DNA of 64,000 bases. It comes from a virus. Made by a program: the position numbers and the translations under genes. Below are positions 1-10,956 of the stretch, piece after piece (the first letter of the stretch is position 1; the number at the start of each line of letters is the position of its first letter). Where the stretch lies: positions 52,041 through 116,040 of IMG/VR virus record IMGVR_UViG_3300023238_000005. The stretch is one strand, 5' to 3'. Under the pieces are notes generated by a model, which worked only from the letters and a program-made list of their open reading frames with translations, did no database searches and was not told where the DNA came from.

Positions 1-1116
1 CATCCAATCAAATAAATTAGCTAGGTTTGCTTGTAGTGTTGCAAATACTTCTGGATTGTTTCCTCTAAAGATGAATATGTAATCACTGCCCTGTCCACTT
101 ACATTCATACCTGGTACAGTCATCTTTGCTTGCGACTGATTGTAGTAAGGACAACTAGGATCATATGACTGATCTATATCACATTGCTGTGCTGTATTTG
201 CTGCTTCGTATCCTGGACAACCGCTGTCGTATAACGCATCTGCTGTACATTGTTGATCGTAGTAGGCAGTTGCATAACCGTCACAGCTAGGGTCGTATAG
301 TGAATCTGCTGAACATTGTTGCTGTGTGTATGCTGCTGTATAACCTGGACACTGATCAGAACTCATTGGATCTGCTGCACATTGATTCTCAAATGCTGTT
401 AATCCGTAATCGTATGTATCGCTAAAGTCATCTTCGTGTCCTACTACAGGAGCATAAGAAATAGTATATTTTATATTTCTAACACCACTACCTTGGCCGT
501 TGCCTGACATTGTAGATTTAACTGTCCAATCGTCAGCAGTTTGAAATGCAGCACCCGGTGGTTCATCTGCATTAAAAGCAGTCCAGTCTACAAACTGCTG
601 TCCATCATAGTTATAAACTGCTTGGTAAAGAGTTTGTCCATTTCCTAAAAGTATATTAACTTTTAATTCTAAAGCACTACTAGCGTCTGGTTTCTTTACT
701 TCCCATTCGTATCTAAGTCCTCTTATCTCAATACCAATGCCTGCAGCCTGGAGTGCTGTATTAATTGCAAACGTAGTCGATACAACTTTGTTAGTAATTG
801 TATTATTAGAAAATACCATTCCGCCTGAAGCATCTTCGTATGCAACAGGATTGCCGTTATCGTCTAGTGGAATATTTAAGTCTACAGCATTATCAACAAA
901 ATTGTCGTTGTTCATGTCAAGAGTTTCACAGCGTAGTTGATCTTGATTATAACCAGCAGGGTTTGCATCTCCTGCATTAAAGGCAGTGGCTGCGGAGCCA
1001 GTATACGTTGTTGCACTACACTCAGCACTTGGTGGTGTTGTTTGAGCTACTACGTTAGAGCAATAAAAGAAGAAGCAGAGCGCCGCCAGCACCCTTGAGC
1101 ATATTGTTAGTTGCAC
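1..1116 (-). CDS. Secreted/virion protein with Cys-rich repeats (partial, runs off window start; not in ORF track)
   Basis: Open frame from GTG at 1116 (GAGGAGG upstream) to position 1; signal-like N-terminus (VLAALCFFFYCSNVVA); four QCxxDxxYDPxCxGY-type repeats near 130-385. Confidence 0.75.
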   Translation of the reverse strand, partial: MQLTICSRVLAALCFFFYCSNVVAQTTPPSAECSATTYTGSAATAFNAGDANPAGYNQDQLRCETLDMNNDNFVDNAVDLNIPLDDNGNPVAYEDASGGMVFSNNTITNKVVSTTFAINTALQAAGIGIEIRGLRYEWEVKKPDASSALELKVNILLGNGQTLYQAVYNYDGQQFVDWTAFNADEPPGAAFQTADDWTVKSTMSGNGQGSGVRNIKYTISYAPVVGHEDDFSDTYDYGLTAFENQCAADPMSSDQCPGYTAAYTQQQCSADSLYDPSCDGYATAYYDQQCTADALYDSGCPGYEAANTAQQCDIDQSYDPSCPYYNQSQAKMTVPGMNVSGQGSDYIFIFRGNNPEVFATLQANLANLFDWM

Positions 1117-2266
1117 GTTCTTTTTCCTCCTCAGCCTGTACTACCTTAGGTTGCAGTTCCGGATTTGCATTCCACTTTTCTTTTGCTTCTGTGCCTATGC
1201 TTCCATCAAACGGACAAGGTGTGCCTGCCATTTCCATAGAGCGATATACTCTTTCATCTTGGCAGAGCAAACTAACAGCCGCTACCTTCATGCCCATGTT
1301 ATACAATGTCTTGCTAAGTTTTAACGCTTCGCAATTCATATCTCTCACATGAGTACCGCCTGCAATACCAATAATCTGTGTTTGGACTGCACCACTTATA
1401 CTAGTTGTACAAGTATCATTGCCGCCGGCATTTACAGTAGGAGCAATTGCACTTGGAGGAGGTGCAATAATCTTTTGTGTGATAGTGCTGTTATTGTTAT
1501 TATTGTTAGTGTTCTCGTTTTGACTAGTGCTGTCAACAGTAGTATCGTTCTTATTGGTGTTAGTATTTGAGTTAGTATTTGAATTCGTATTGTTGTTAGT
1601 ATTTGAATTCGTATTATTACTAGTACTGTTTACAGTTTGATCTACTGTGCTGTTGTTTGTGCTGTTTACGGTTTGATCTACTGTGCTGTTGCTAGTATTG
1701 TTATTTGTGTTGGTGTTTGTATTGTTTGTTCCGCCACTCATTACGTTGTTATTGGTGTTGGTTGCTGTGCTGTTACTAGTGTTATTATTTGTATTTGTGT
1801 TGGCACTAGTGCTGTTTACTGTGCTGTTGTTGGTGTTAGTATTGTTGTTTGTATTCGTGTTAGTAGTTCCGCCACTAAGTACGTTGTTATTCGTGTTAGT
1901 AGTTCCGCCACTTATATTATTGTTATTTGTATTCGAGTTGGTATTTGTGTTAGTACTTGTATTAATATTTGTATTAGCATTGGTATTTGTGTTATTGTTT
2001 GTGCCACTGTACGTTGTGTTATTTGTGTTAGCATTAGTATTTGTGTTATTGTTTGTATTTGTGTTGGTGCTAGTGCTAGTATTATTATTCGTGTTGGTGT
2101 TGGCATTAGTACTGTTTACTGTACTATTGCTGTTAGTTGTGCTATTTGTTTCTACATAGCTAGTTTCGTCAAAATTTCCATCTGCATCATCTACTACCTG
2201 CGCGAAAGCTGCTGTGCTTGCCGAAATTAACGCCGCAATGATTGCAATTTTTAACCCAAATTTCAT
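1055..2266 (-). CDS. Signal-peptide protein with long Asn/Thr low-complexity tract and Cys-containing C-terminal domain plus hydrophobic tail
   Basis: Start MKFGLK at 2266 after AAGGGT; NTNTNNN repeats; C-terminal PPPSAIAP...CEALKLSKTLYNMGMKVAAVSLLCQD...GTPCP. Confidence 0.8.
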   Translation of the reverse strand: MKFGLKIAIIAALISASTAAFAQVVDDADGNFDETSYVETNSTTNSNSTVNSTNANTNTNNNTSTSTNTNTNNNTNTNANTNNTTYSGTNNNTNTNANTNINTSTNTNTNSNTNNNNISGGTTNTNNNVLSGGTTNTNTNNNTNTNNSTVNSTSANTNTNNNTSNSTATNTNNNVMSGGTNNTNTNTNNNTSNSTVDQTVNSTNNSTVDQTVNSTSNNTNSNTNNNTNSNTNSNTNTNKNDTTVDSTSQNENTNNNNNNSTITQKIIAPPPSAIAPTVNAGGNDTCTTSISGAVQTQIIGIAGGTHVRDMNCEALKLSKTLYNMGMKVAAVSLLCQDERVYRSMEMAGTPCPFDGSIGTEAKEKWNANPELQPKVVQAEEEKERATNNMLKGAGGALLLLLLL

Positions 2267-2366
2267 ATAATTACCCTTGTTGAATAGACGTGTGTCTATA
2301 CCCTCAGTAATATTTATCATTCGATGTTAAAAATTTAACACCTAGTTAATTGTTATAAATAACTTT

Positions 2367-2624
2367 ATGCCAAATAACGACACAGGTCCTACAGAGCAAG
2401 ATGCAATGTTCCAAATTTTCAGAGAAATATTCGATGAATCGCGTAGTATTGAACCTATTGTAATTCCTAATGATTTGAAGGACGTTATTGAAAAATACGA
2501 ACGTCAGCATATAATGGATGCATTAGAACACTACGAGTTCAATCAAACGAAAGCTAGTAAGTGCTTAGGTATAAAACGTACTACACTTATTGCTAAAATG
2601 AAAAAGTTTGATATTGTATATTAA
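2367..2624 (+). CDS. Fis-type helix-turn-helix DNA-binding protein
   Basis: ERQHIMDALEHYEFNQTKASKCLGIKRTTLIAKMKK matches Fis/NtrC C-terminal HTH; preceded by TATAAATA. Confidence 0.85.
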   Translation: MPNNDTGPTEQDAMFQIFREIFDESRSIEPIVIPNDLKDVIEKYERQHIMDALEHYEFNQTKASKCLGIKRTTLIAKMKKFDIVY

Positions 2625-2827
2625 TCTGTCGTAACTGGCGGATTAGCAATGTATAAACAGTCAATGGTTTCTCCAGTTTTAGTAACTAAGATATGTGCTT
2701 TTCCTAATTCTTCTCCACATTCTTCTACAGTTGCATAAGTTCCTAAGTGATAGTATCTCATATCACCGCCACTGTTAATTGCTAACCAAATTAGTATCCA
2801 CATATTACCATTTCCCTGTTCCTGCAC
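2621..2827 (-). CDS. Hypothetical protein
   Basis: ORF coupled to neighbours; likely start MWILIW. Confidence 0.6.
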   Translation of the reverse strand: MQEQGNGNMWILIWLAINSGGDMRYYHLGTYATVEECGEELGKAHILVTKTGETIDCLYIANPPVTTD

Positions 2828-3287
2828 CTATTACATAAACGATACCACCTAATACACTAGCTAATGCTACTGCCATTACAATACCTACTATCCATTCAAT
2901 AATTAGTTGTTTGCGTTCTTCAATAGCATACACTTCTGCGGCACGTTTCTTTCGCATTTGACCTTCGATCCGTACAATTTCTTCCCAAGCTGATGGACCA
3001 TAGTACAATGATATGTGACTACGTAATTCTTCACGCATCTCTTTTGCTTTTGTTTTATGTCCCCACACTTCTAGTGCATTGGCTTCTACATTACTAGCGC
3101 CAAACATTTTTTTGAATAAAGGTGGATTTTCAGCTTGCTTGTGAGAAAAGTCTAAGTCTGACATTGCGCCAGCCCACTGCGAAAGTGTACCTGCCATATC
3201 TGACAGTTCTTTTCCTGTACTTATTGCTGATTTAATGCCGCGATATGCAGCGGATGCCAGGCCAATGGCAGTTACTGGATCTATCAA
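2805..3287 (-). CDS. Hypothetical membrane protein
   Basis: MIDPVTAIG N-terminus, C-terminal transmembrane helix. Confidence 0.7.
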   Translation of the reverse strand: MIDPVTAIGLASAAYRGIKSAISTGKELSDMAGTLSQWAGAMSDLDFSHKQAENPPLFKKMFGASNVEANALEVWGHKTKAKEMREELRSHISLYYGPSAWEEIVRIEGQMRKKRAAEVYAIEERKQLIIEWIVGIVMAVALASVLGGIVYVIGAGTGKW

Positions 3288-3351
3288 ACCAATGCCCTTT
3301 CATTTGATAGGAGCGCCCTCACGCTCTACAAATGTATTTATCAGATAGTTG

Positions 3352-5016
3352 TTAGACTGTGGCGTTTGGATCGTTAACTTGCTTGGTTTGATCTGCTGGT
3401 GCATCGTCAGGCTCAGCTGGGTTTGTAGGCGCTGTTTTGTTCTTTTCTACTTGAGCTGCATCTAGTTTTTCAACATTAGCAAGCTCTTTTAACAGAGGAC
3501 CCATTTCAACTAGGTTACGAATCGCATCAGCACTGGTTCTTGAACTCAATTGTACTAATACTGCTTTGCCGTCTAATTTTTCAGCGCCGTCTTTGCCAAG
3601 AGTTCTAACTGCTTCTTCACCTTTTAGTTCGCCAATAATACTAATTCTGTGAGTTGAAAGACCTTGATCATTTGTTACTCTTAGGTCATAAAGTTCTAAT
3701 GCTGATAATAGTCTAGCATCAAACGCTAGTTCTTTGTATGCTACTTTTGCACTAGGCGAAAGAATAACCATTGTTACACCTTCTTCGCCTCTTGTTGCAT
3801 GAAAGTTAATAGCATCATACACATGTTGTACAAGTTTGAATTCTTTGCTTGTGTCGTCACCAGCAGTGTATGCTTGTACCTGCTTGGCCATTTCTGAATA
3901 CAGTTTAGCAAACGGACCGTTGCTATAGTTGTGATCTTTGTAGTCTTCTTCGTTGCTGCTTTTAAATCCAAAATCTTGTTTCATAGAATCTGGAAGTCTA
4001 AACTTAAATATGCTTTCAAAGAAATCACTTACAGTTTCCCACTCTCCGCCGCTTATTTGTCCAAACTGTTTTACAGTTCCAGCTTTTAAACTTAGTAGTC
4101 TTTGTGGCTTACCATCATACTCGAGTTTCAAGTCAACTTTAGTTGAGCTCTGTTGTGTAGCATCGCCGCCGTCGGAGATAATACTAATTTGATTGTTGCC
4201 TTTTAGTTCTAGTTTGGCTTTATCAACTGCTGTGGATGCTCTTTTATTTTTGTTTGCATATTCAACAGCATCTGTCACTTGCTTTTGCATGCTGTCCAAT
4301 GTTTCCTTTTTAACTTCAAACTCTGTGAAAAGTCGAAGATCTCCGACAGCACCCATTGGATCTTCTTCGTCTATCCATAGTTTTAATGGTTTCATCGATG
4401 CACTATTAAGTGTTAGAGTAAATTTATAGTTGTCATCGACAACTCCAACAGTTTGATAATCAGTTGTGCCTTCAGCAATGCCTGATGCTACTACATCTTT
4501 TAGAACTCGTATAACATCGTTTTTAGAAATGTTCCTGCCGCCTACTGCAAATTTTGCAGAAAGTGCAGAACCCAACACTGCTTCGGCAATATCGCCGAGA
4601 TTAGGGACCAATGAGCCTTTTACTGCTTCATTCTTTTTCAGTTTATTAAGTGGAACTTCATCGCCGTCAATAAAGAATTTAGTATTTTTTATAAAGTCTG
4701 GATAATTTGATAACGCATATGTTTCCCAATCATCAGTGGACATTTCCTTACCGTTAACAGTAATCTTGTCTACCTTGCCAGCTTTTTCAGGAGCTTTGCC
4801 TGCCGAGCCTTTTGCACCAATCTCGGCGTAGACAAAATCTTTGGCATTTCTAATACTCTTTGCTGTAGCAATTACATATTTGGTAGGCTTGCCTGTGCCG
4901 CCAGCTTTTTTATCACCAGACGCTAACCAATTTTTTCCACTCATCATTGAGGCTTCTGCCAAGTCAGTCTTTGCTTTAACTTTTGATTCTACAATTTTAA
5001 TATCTGAAAAACGCAT
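3352..5016 (-). CDS. Large hypothetical, probably virion-packaged protein; possible PD-(D/E)xK-like nuclease fold
   Basis: 554 aa; N-terminal MRFSDIKIVE motif; GDIAE...TKVDL...LSLK pattern; late promoter TATAAATA at ~5042. Confidence 0.6.
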   Translation of the reverse strand: MRFSDIKIVESKVKAKTDLAEASMMSGKNWLASGDKKAGGTGKPTKYVIATAKSIRNAKDFVYAEIGAKGSAGKAPEKAGKVDKITVNGKEMSTDDWETYALSNYPDFIKNTKFFIDGDEVPLNKLKKNEAVKGSLVPNLGDIAEAVLGSALSAKFAVGGRNISKNDVIRVLKDVVASGIAEGTTDYQTVGVVDDNYKFTLTLNSASMKPLKLWIDEEDPMGAVGDLRLFTEFEVKKETLDSMQKQVTDAVEYANKNKRASTAVDKAKLELKGNNQISIISDGGDATQQSSTKVDLKLEYDGKPQRLLSLKAGTVKQFGQISGGEWETVSDFFESIFKFRLPDSMKQDFGFKSSNEEDYKDHNYSNGPFAKLYSEMAKQVQAYTAGDDTSKEFKLVQHVYDAINFHATRGEEGVTMVILSPSAKVAYKELAFDARLLSALELYDLRVTNDQGLSTHRISIIGELKGEEAVRTLGKDGAEKLDGKAVLVQLSSRTSADAIRNLVEMGPLLKELANVEKLDAAQVEKNKTAPTNPAEPDDAPADQTKQVNDPNATV

Positions 5017-5043
5017 GTAATTGTTCCTATTTCTTTTTAATAT

Positions 5044-5730
5044 TTATACGATTTTAGGAAACAACATGTCTGTGCAGAACTTGTCTACGTCTGCTTCATC
5101 TAAACCTAATGATTTCATTGTGCGAGGAGTGTGTGGATTCTTTTGCTGGTTTTCACAGTAGTAATTCTGTGCGCCGATAACCATATCGCTATTCCCACTG
5201 CCAGTAAATTCGCCTATCTCATCAAAGTATGCACGTAGGTTATCTTGTGCTAGTTCTATAATAGCAACTGCTTCGTCAATGTCACTTACATTGCCTGCGG
5301 CAAGCATCTTATCTGTAAAGATGTTAGTTGCCCACTCAGGTAGTACACGTTGCTTGCTTGGAATAAATTCTGCTACTGCTTCCTTATAGCCTGCAATCAT
5401 AGGATTGTCGTGATCACTACTAGGACTAAAGTCGTGAAATGCACCTGTCATTTTGTTCTTGCCTGCAATAACATCAAAGCCGTATATTGGCCCATCGTTT
5501 TGTATTACAGGAAAAACGCATACGTGCATCATCCACAAGCCTTTGCTATCGCGAGCATCTACAACATCAATGTGTGCTCTGCGTACATTGTCGTTAGCCC
5601 ATACACGGTTAACCCAAGTATCGCTGTTAAAGTGTGCTAGTCCTGGCTCGTCATATTCTGTTGCCTTCTCGTCAAAGATGCTAATTATTTCTTCTTGGCA
5701 TTCAATTAGCCTATCCCAAATAGTACTCAC
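5044..5730 (-). CDS. pcyX: Ferredoxin-dependent bilin reductase, PcyX type
   Basis: WVNRVW, RRAHIDVVD, GLWMMHVCVFP, GPIYGFDVIAG, GAFHDFSP, QQKNPHTPRTMKSLG motifs; coupled to heme oxygenase. Confidence 0.88.
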   Translation of the reverse strand: MSTIWDRLIECQEEIISIFDEKATEYDEPGLAHFNSDTWVNRVWANDNVRRAHIDVVDARDSKGLWMMHVCVFPVIQNDGPIYGFDVIAGKNKMTGAFHDFSPSSDHDNPMIAGYKEAVAEFIPSKQRVLPEWATNIFTDKMLAAGNVSDIDEAVAIIELAQDNLRAYFDEIGEFTGSGNSDMVIGAQNYYCENQQKNPHTPRTMKSLGLDEADVDKFCTDMLFPKIV

Positions 5731-6284
5731 GATTCTTTTGCCTCACTTAATTCTACAAACATTTTAGTTGCAAAGTCAAAACATAGTTTAGCTTCGTCTG
5801 CCATGCTATCGTCTAGTCTAGCACGTACCATTTCTTTAAGTTCATCGTGTCCTTTGTCAAACTTGTACATACGTCCTTCACCTGGAACACGCTTGGCAAT
5901 CATCTGTCCGCCACTTAGGTCACCCATGTGTCTTACATAAACATGTGCCATAAGTTTGTCAGCATCATCTTTAATACTCATTAAGTGATCCATATACTCT
6001 TTTACTACTGGCATTAGTGGAGGTTGATTAGCATTTGCTTTGCCCCAAAGTTCTTGATAATCTTCGTGTATACTTGGAGCTCTGCGCAATTCTGGCATGC
6101 CATCAAACAATCCGTGCATCATAGCAAGCATTTCTAGCATGTTATATTGCGGATGCTGATTAAACAAGTAACAAGCATAACGATCGTCAGTTATCTGCGT
6201 TGTCTTATTGAACATCTCTTTCACAAACGTTTGACGTTCTGCGTTCTTATGATGCTCCATTGTTAGTTCTTTTAAGTTGCTCAT
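5727..6284 (-). CDS. hemO: Heme oxygenase
   Basis: LKELTMEHHKNAE proximal His motif; AHVYVRHMGDLSGGQMI distal helix. Confidence 0.92.
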   Translation of the reverse strand: MSNLKELTMEHHKNAERQTFVKEMFNKTTQITDDRYACYLFNQHPQYNMLEMLAMMHGLFDGMPELRRAPSIHEDYQELWGKANANQPPLMPVVKEYMDHLMSIKDDADKLMAHVYVRHMGDLSGGQMIAKRVPGEGRMYKFDKGHDELKEMVRARLDDSMADEAKLCFDFATKMFVELSEAKES

Positions 6285-6583
6285 AGACTCTCTTCTACTG
6301 TTACTTGCAGAGGGAATCCGTGATTGCGACTTGCATTTATCGCTTCGACACTCTTTTGCTCTGCTATCTCGTACTTATACGTGCCTACTACAGCAGAATC
6401 TTCATTATGGATTTTCATTGTAATTGCCTCAGCGGCAATATCGCTATGCTTAAATATTTCTTTAAGAACACCCAATACCCATTCTATAGGAGTAGCATCA
6501 TCATTGAGCATGATCACATCGTAATCACTAGGCTCTTTAATATCTAGTTTAATTTTTTCGTCAATCTGTACGTCAGTTGTCAT
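6281..6583 (-). CDS. clpS: ATP-dependent Clp protease adaptor ClpS
   Basis: YDVIMLNDDATPIEWV, KIHNEDSAVVGTY.YEIAEQK, FPLQVTVE. Confidence 0.92.
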   Translation of the reverse strand: MTTDVQIDEKIKLDIKEPSDYDVIMLNDDATPIEWVLGVLKEIFKHSDIAAEAITMKIHNEDSAVVGTYKYEIAEQKSVEAINASRNHGFPLQVTVEESL

Positions 6584-6604
6584 GTTATATCCTAAGTGTA
6601 AGTT

Positions 6605-6626
6605 GGGGGAGATATTTCACTCCCCC
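6605..6626 (-). terminator. GC-rich hairpin between hsp20 and clpS
   Basis: GGGGGAG...CTCCCCC inverted repeat; weak U tail. Confidence 0.55.
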
Positions 6627-6633
6627 GGTTTAG

Positions 6634-7107
6634 TTACTTGCTGTCTGTGTCAACTGCTTCGTGTACTGCGCCTGAGTAATCTTTAATAGCGATTTTCTTA
6701 GGTTTTAGTGCATCTGGCAGATTTCTTTGTAAGTGTATATTGAGCATGCCTAGTTCAAGACCGGCCCCTTCAACTTCAACGTGATCAGCTAATGTAAACT
6801 CTCTTCTGAAGTTGCGTCCGCCAATACCTTTGTGCAGGTAGTTAACTGATTCATCTCCTTTTGGAGCCGTACCTTCAATCTTTAATTGATTACCATCTGT
6901 AGTAATATCAAGATTGTCCATACCAAAGCCAGCAACAGCTAATGAGATCATATACTCATCATCGTTTATTTGTGCAATGTTGTATGGGGGATATCCGTTT
7001 CCGTTTGGACTATTTGCAAAGCCTCTTTCGAGTTCATTAAATAGTCTGTCAAAGCCAATAGTAGCTTTGTGGAAGTGTGGTAGATTTATTGTGTCAATTC
7101 TTGTCAT
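6634..7107 (-). CDS. ibpA: Small heat shock protein (Hsp20/IbpA family)
   Basis: IGFDRLF, YPPYNI, LAVAGF, YLHKGIGGRNFRREFTLA, GMLNIHL. Confidence 0.93.
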   Translation of the reverse strand: MTRIDTINLPHFHKATIGFDRLFNELERGFANSPNGNGYPPYNIAQINDDEYMISLAVAGFGMDNLDITTDGNQLKIEGTAPKGDESVNYLHKGIGGRNFRREFTLADHVEVEGAGLELGMLNIHLQRNLPDALKPKKIAIKDYSGAVHEAVDTDSK

Positions 7108-7112
7108 TTTGT

Positions 7113-7175
7113 TTTCTCCTTTAAAAAAGCAAGATATAATTGTGTGACCCTCACGGCATCACACAATTATTTATC
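7113..7175 (-). promoter_or_regulatory. ROSE-like RNA thermometer leader of hsp20 with late promoter
   Basis: Minus strand GATAAATA, upstream hairpin, then ATCTTGCTTTTTTAAAGGAGA (UUGCU pairs over SD). Confidence 0.7.
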
Positions 7176-7184
7176 ATCAAACAG

Positions 7185-9111
<1,927 letters not shown>

Positions 9112-9116
9112 CTTTA

Positions 9117-9170
9117 TTTCTCCTTTAAAGCAAGATTTAGTTTGAGCTCTTTCGACGCTCGATTTATTTA
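9117..9170 (-). promoter_or_regulatory. ROSE-like RNA thermometer leader of groES
   Basis: TAAATA, short hairpin, then ATCTTGCTTTAAAGGAGAAA. Confidence 0.65.
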
Positions 9171-10291
9171 TTATTGTTAGCATACACAGCATTGAATTGC
9201 TGAGTACAACGAACAAAAGTTGTGCATTTGCTAAGTTGCTTGAGCTTCATAGCGCCTGCATAAGTGCAGGTAGATCTAATACCACCGAGTAAATCTTGTA
9301 TGGTTACACCAACAGAGCCCCTGTATGGTATTAGAACTTCCCTGCCTTCAGAAGATCGATAATCTTTCAATCCTCCAAAGTGTTTCGTGTTTGCTGCATC
9401 ACTACTCATACCGTAGAACTGTATAAAATCTTTTGTTTCTACGTACTGCTCGCCAGTTTGATTATTAAGTTCGTTTGACAGATAACTTCTAGTAATAATT
9501 TCGCCGCCACCTTCATCGTGTCCGGCAAGCATACCGCCAAGCATTACAAAGTCGGCACCGCCAGCAAAGGCTTTAGCCACGTCACCAGGGCAAGTACAGC
9601 CGCCATCAGCAATAATATGTCCACCCAAACCATGAGCGGCGTCAGCGCACTCGATGACCGCACTAAGCTGCGGATATCCCACACCAGTTTGTATACGAGT
9701 AGTACACACGCTGCCAGGCCCAATCCCAACTTTAATAATATCAGCTCCATTTAAGATTAACTCCTCTGTCATCTCTCCAGTAACTACATTACCAGCAATG
9801 ATTACAATGTGTGGAAATGCATCGCGCACCTTCTTAACGTGTTGTGCAAAGTGTTCTGAATAACCATTTGCAATGTCCATACATACGTATTTTAAGTTAC
9901 CATCTGCTAATGCAATTACACTTTGTAATTTGCACCAATCGTCATCACTAGTGCCAATGCTCATTGCAACATGATTAGTACGTAGATAGTCGTCAGTATT
10001 AAAGAACTCTATAAGTTCATCTGCTGAATATGTTTTAACTAGACAAGTAAAGATGCTTTTTTTAGCAAGTGTATCTGCCATTTCAAACGTACCAACACCA
10101 TCCATATTACTTGCCATAATAGGAATGCCAGTACAGTGTACATCATCTATATTTTCAGGAAAGTCTGGAACGTAGTTCCTAAATGTAAAACTTCTATTTA
10201 AAACTACTTGCATACGTGATTTAAGTGTTGATCTCTTTGGACGTATAAGAACATCTTTGTAGTCTAACTTAATATCTTCTTCGAGGCGCAT
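9164..10291 (-). CDS. guaC: GMP reductase
   Basis: [54 protein letters not shown]. Confidence 0.95.
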   Translation of the reverse strand: MRLEEDIKLDYKDVLIRPKRSTLKSRMQVVLNRSFTFRNYVPDFPENIDDVHCTGIPIMASNMDGVGTFEMADTLAKKSIFTCLVKTYSADELIEFFNTDDYLRTNHVAMSIGTSDDDWCKLQSVIALADGNLKYVCMDIANGYSEHFAQHVKKVRDAFPHIVIIAGNVVTGEMTEELILNGADIIKVGIGPGSVCTTRIQTGVGYPQLSAVIECADAAHGLGGHIIADGGCTCPGDVAKAFAGGADFVMLGGMLAGHDEGGGEIITRSYLSNELNNQTGEQYVETKDFIQFYGMSSDAANTKHFGGLKDYRSSEGREVLIPYRGSVGVTIQDLLGGIRSTCTYAGAMKLKQLSKCTTFVRCTQQFNAVYANNNK

Positions 10292-10305
10292 TTTGTATTA
10301 CCTTT

Positions 10306-10563
10306 TTAATATAGACGGTTTTTAGAACTTGTTGGTGTAGCTTCGTTCATTGTTGCAAGTTTCTTGAGCCAACGTGCTCTGCCTGCTTTTTTGGCTTTAG
10401 CTCGTTTAGTAGTTGGCTTTTCATAAAACTCACGATTACGTAGTTCCTGTAAAATGCCGTCTTCTGCGATCTTCTTTTTAAACTTGCGTAGTGCAAAGTT
10501 AATGTCATTGTTTCGTACTTCAACGCTTAAACCGCGTTTTTCAAATTTATCATTGTGTCTCAA
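10306..10563 (-). CDS. rpsU: Ribosomal protein bS21
   Basis: ALRKFKKK...GILQELRNREFYEKPT; sigma70 promoter inside upstream gene (~10623-10652). Confidence 0.9.
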   Translation of the reverse strand: MRHNDKFEKRGLSVEVRNNDINFALRKFKKKIAEDGILQELRNREFYEKPTTKRAKAKKAGRARWLKKLATMNEATPTSSKNRLY

Positions 10564-10948
10564 AGTTGTCTCCTATTTTAGACAAAAAATCTAAGTTGTA
10601 TATTTTATTACTACTTAAACTATTATACACTGAATCCTGGCTGTTTGTCAACCAGTAAGTTTTGTTTTTTGCAATCATATAGCTTGCAAGGTCTCTGCAC
10701 CAAGGCGATGTATTATCTATATCAATTATAGCTACATCGCATTGTTTGAACACACTTAACAGCCATGTTACTTCATCTTTGTCATGGACAGGTTTGTCGT
10801 ATACATAGACATTAACATCGTCATCAGACTGTGCCAAGAATTTATCTTGGAGTTCATCTTGTAGGGGTTTACTGGGATATACTAACAACAGTTGAAGACT
10901 GTCATTGAATAACACATCCGGGGATGTAACAATGTTAATTTTTTTCAA
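10550..10948 (-). CDS. Hypothetical protein
   Basis: 132 aa ORF in operon context. Confidence 0.7.
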   Translation of the reverse strand: MKKINIVTSPDVLFNDSLQLLLVYPSKPLQDELQDKFLAQSDDDVNVYVYDKPVHDKDEVTWLLSVFKQCDVAIIDIDNTSPWCRDLASYMIAKNKTYWLTNSQDSVYNSLSSNKIYNLDFLSKIGDNFETQ

Positions 10949-10956
10949 TTAAGAAC

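Noticed and set aside
1349-2230. Hydrophobic Val/Leu/Cys-rich plus-strand ORFs
   Set aside because: Antisense shadows of the Asn/Thr repeat gene; no RBS
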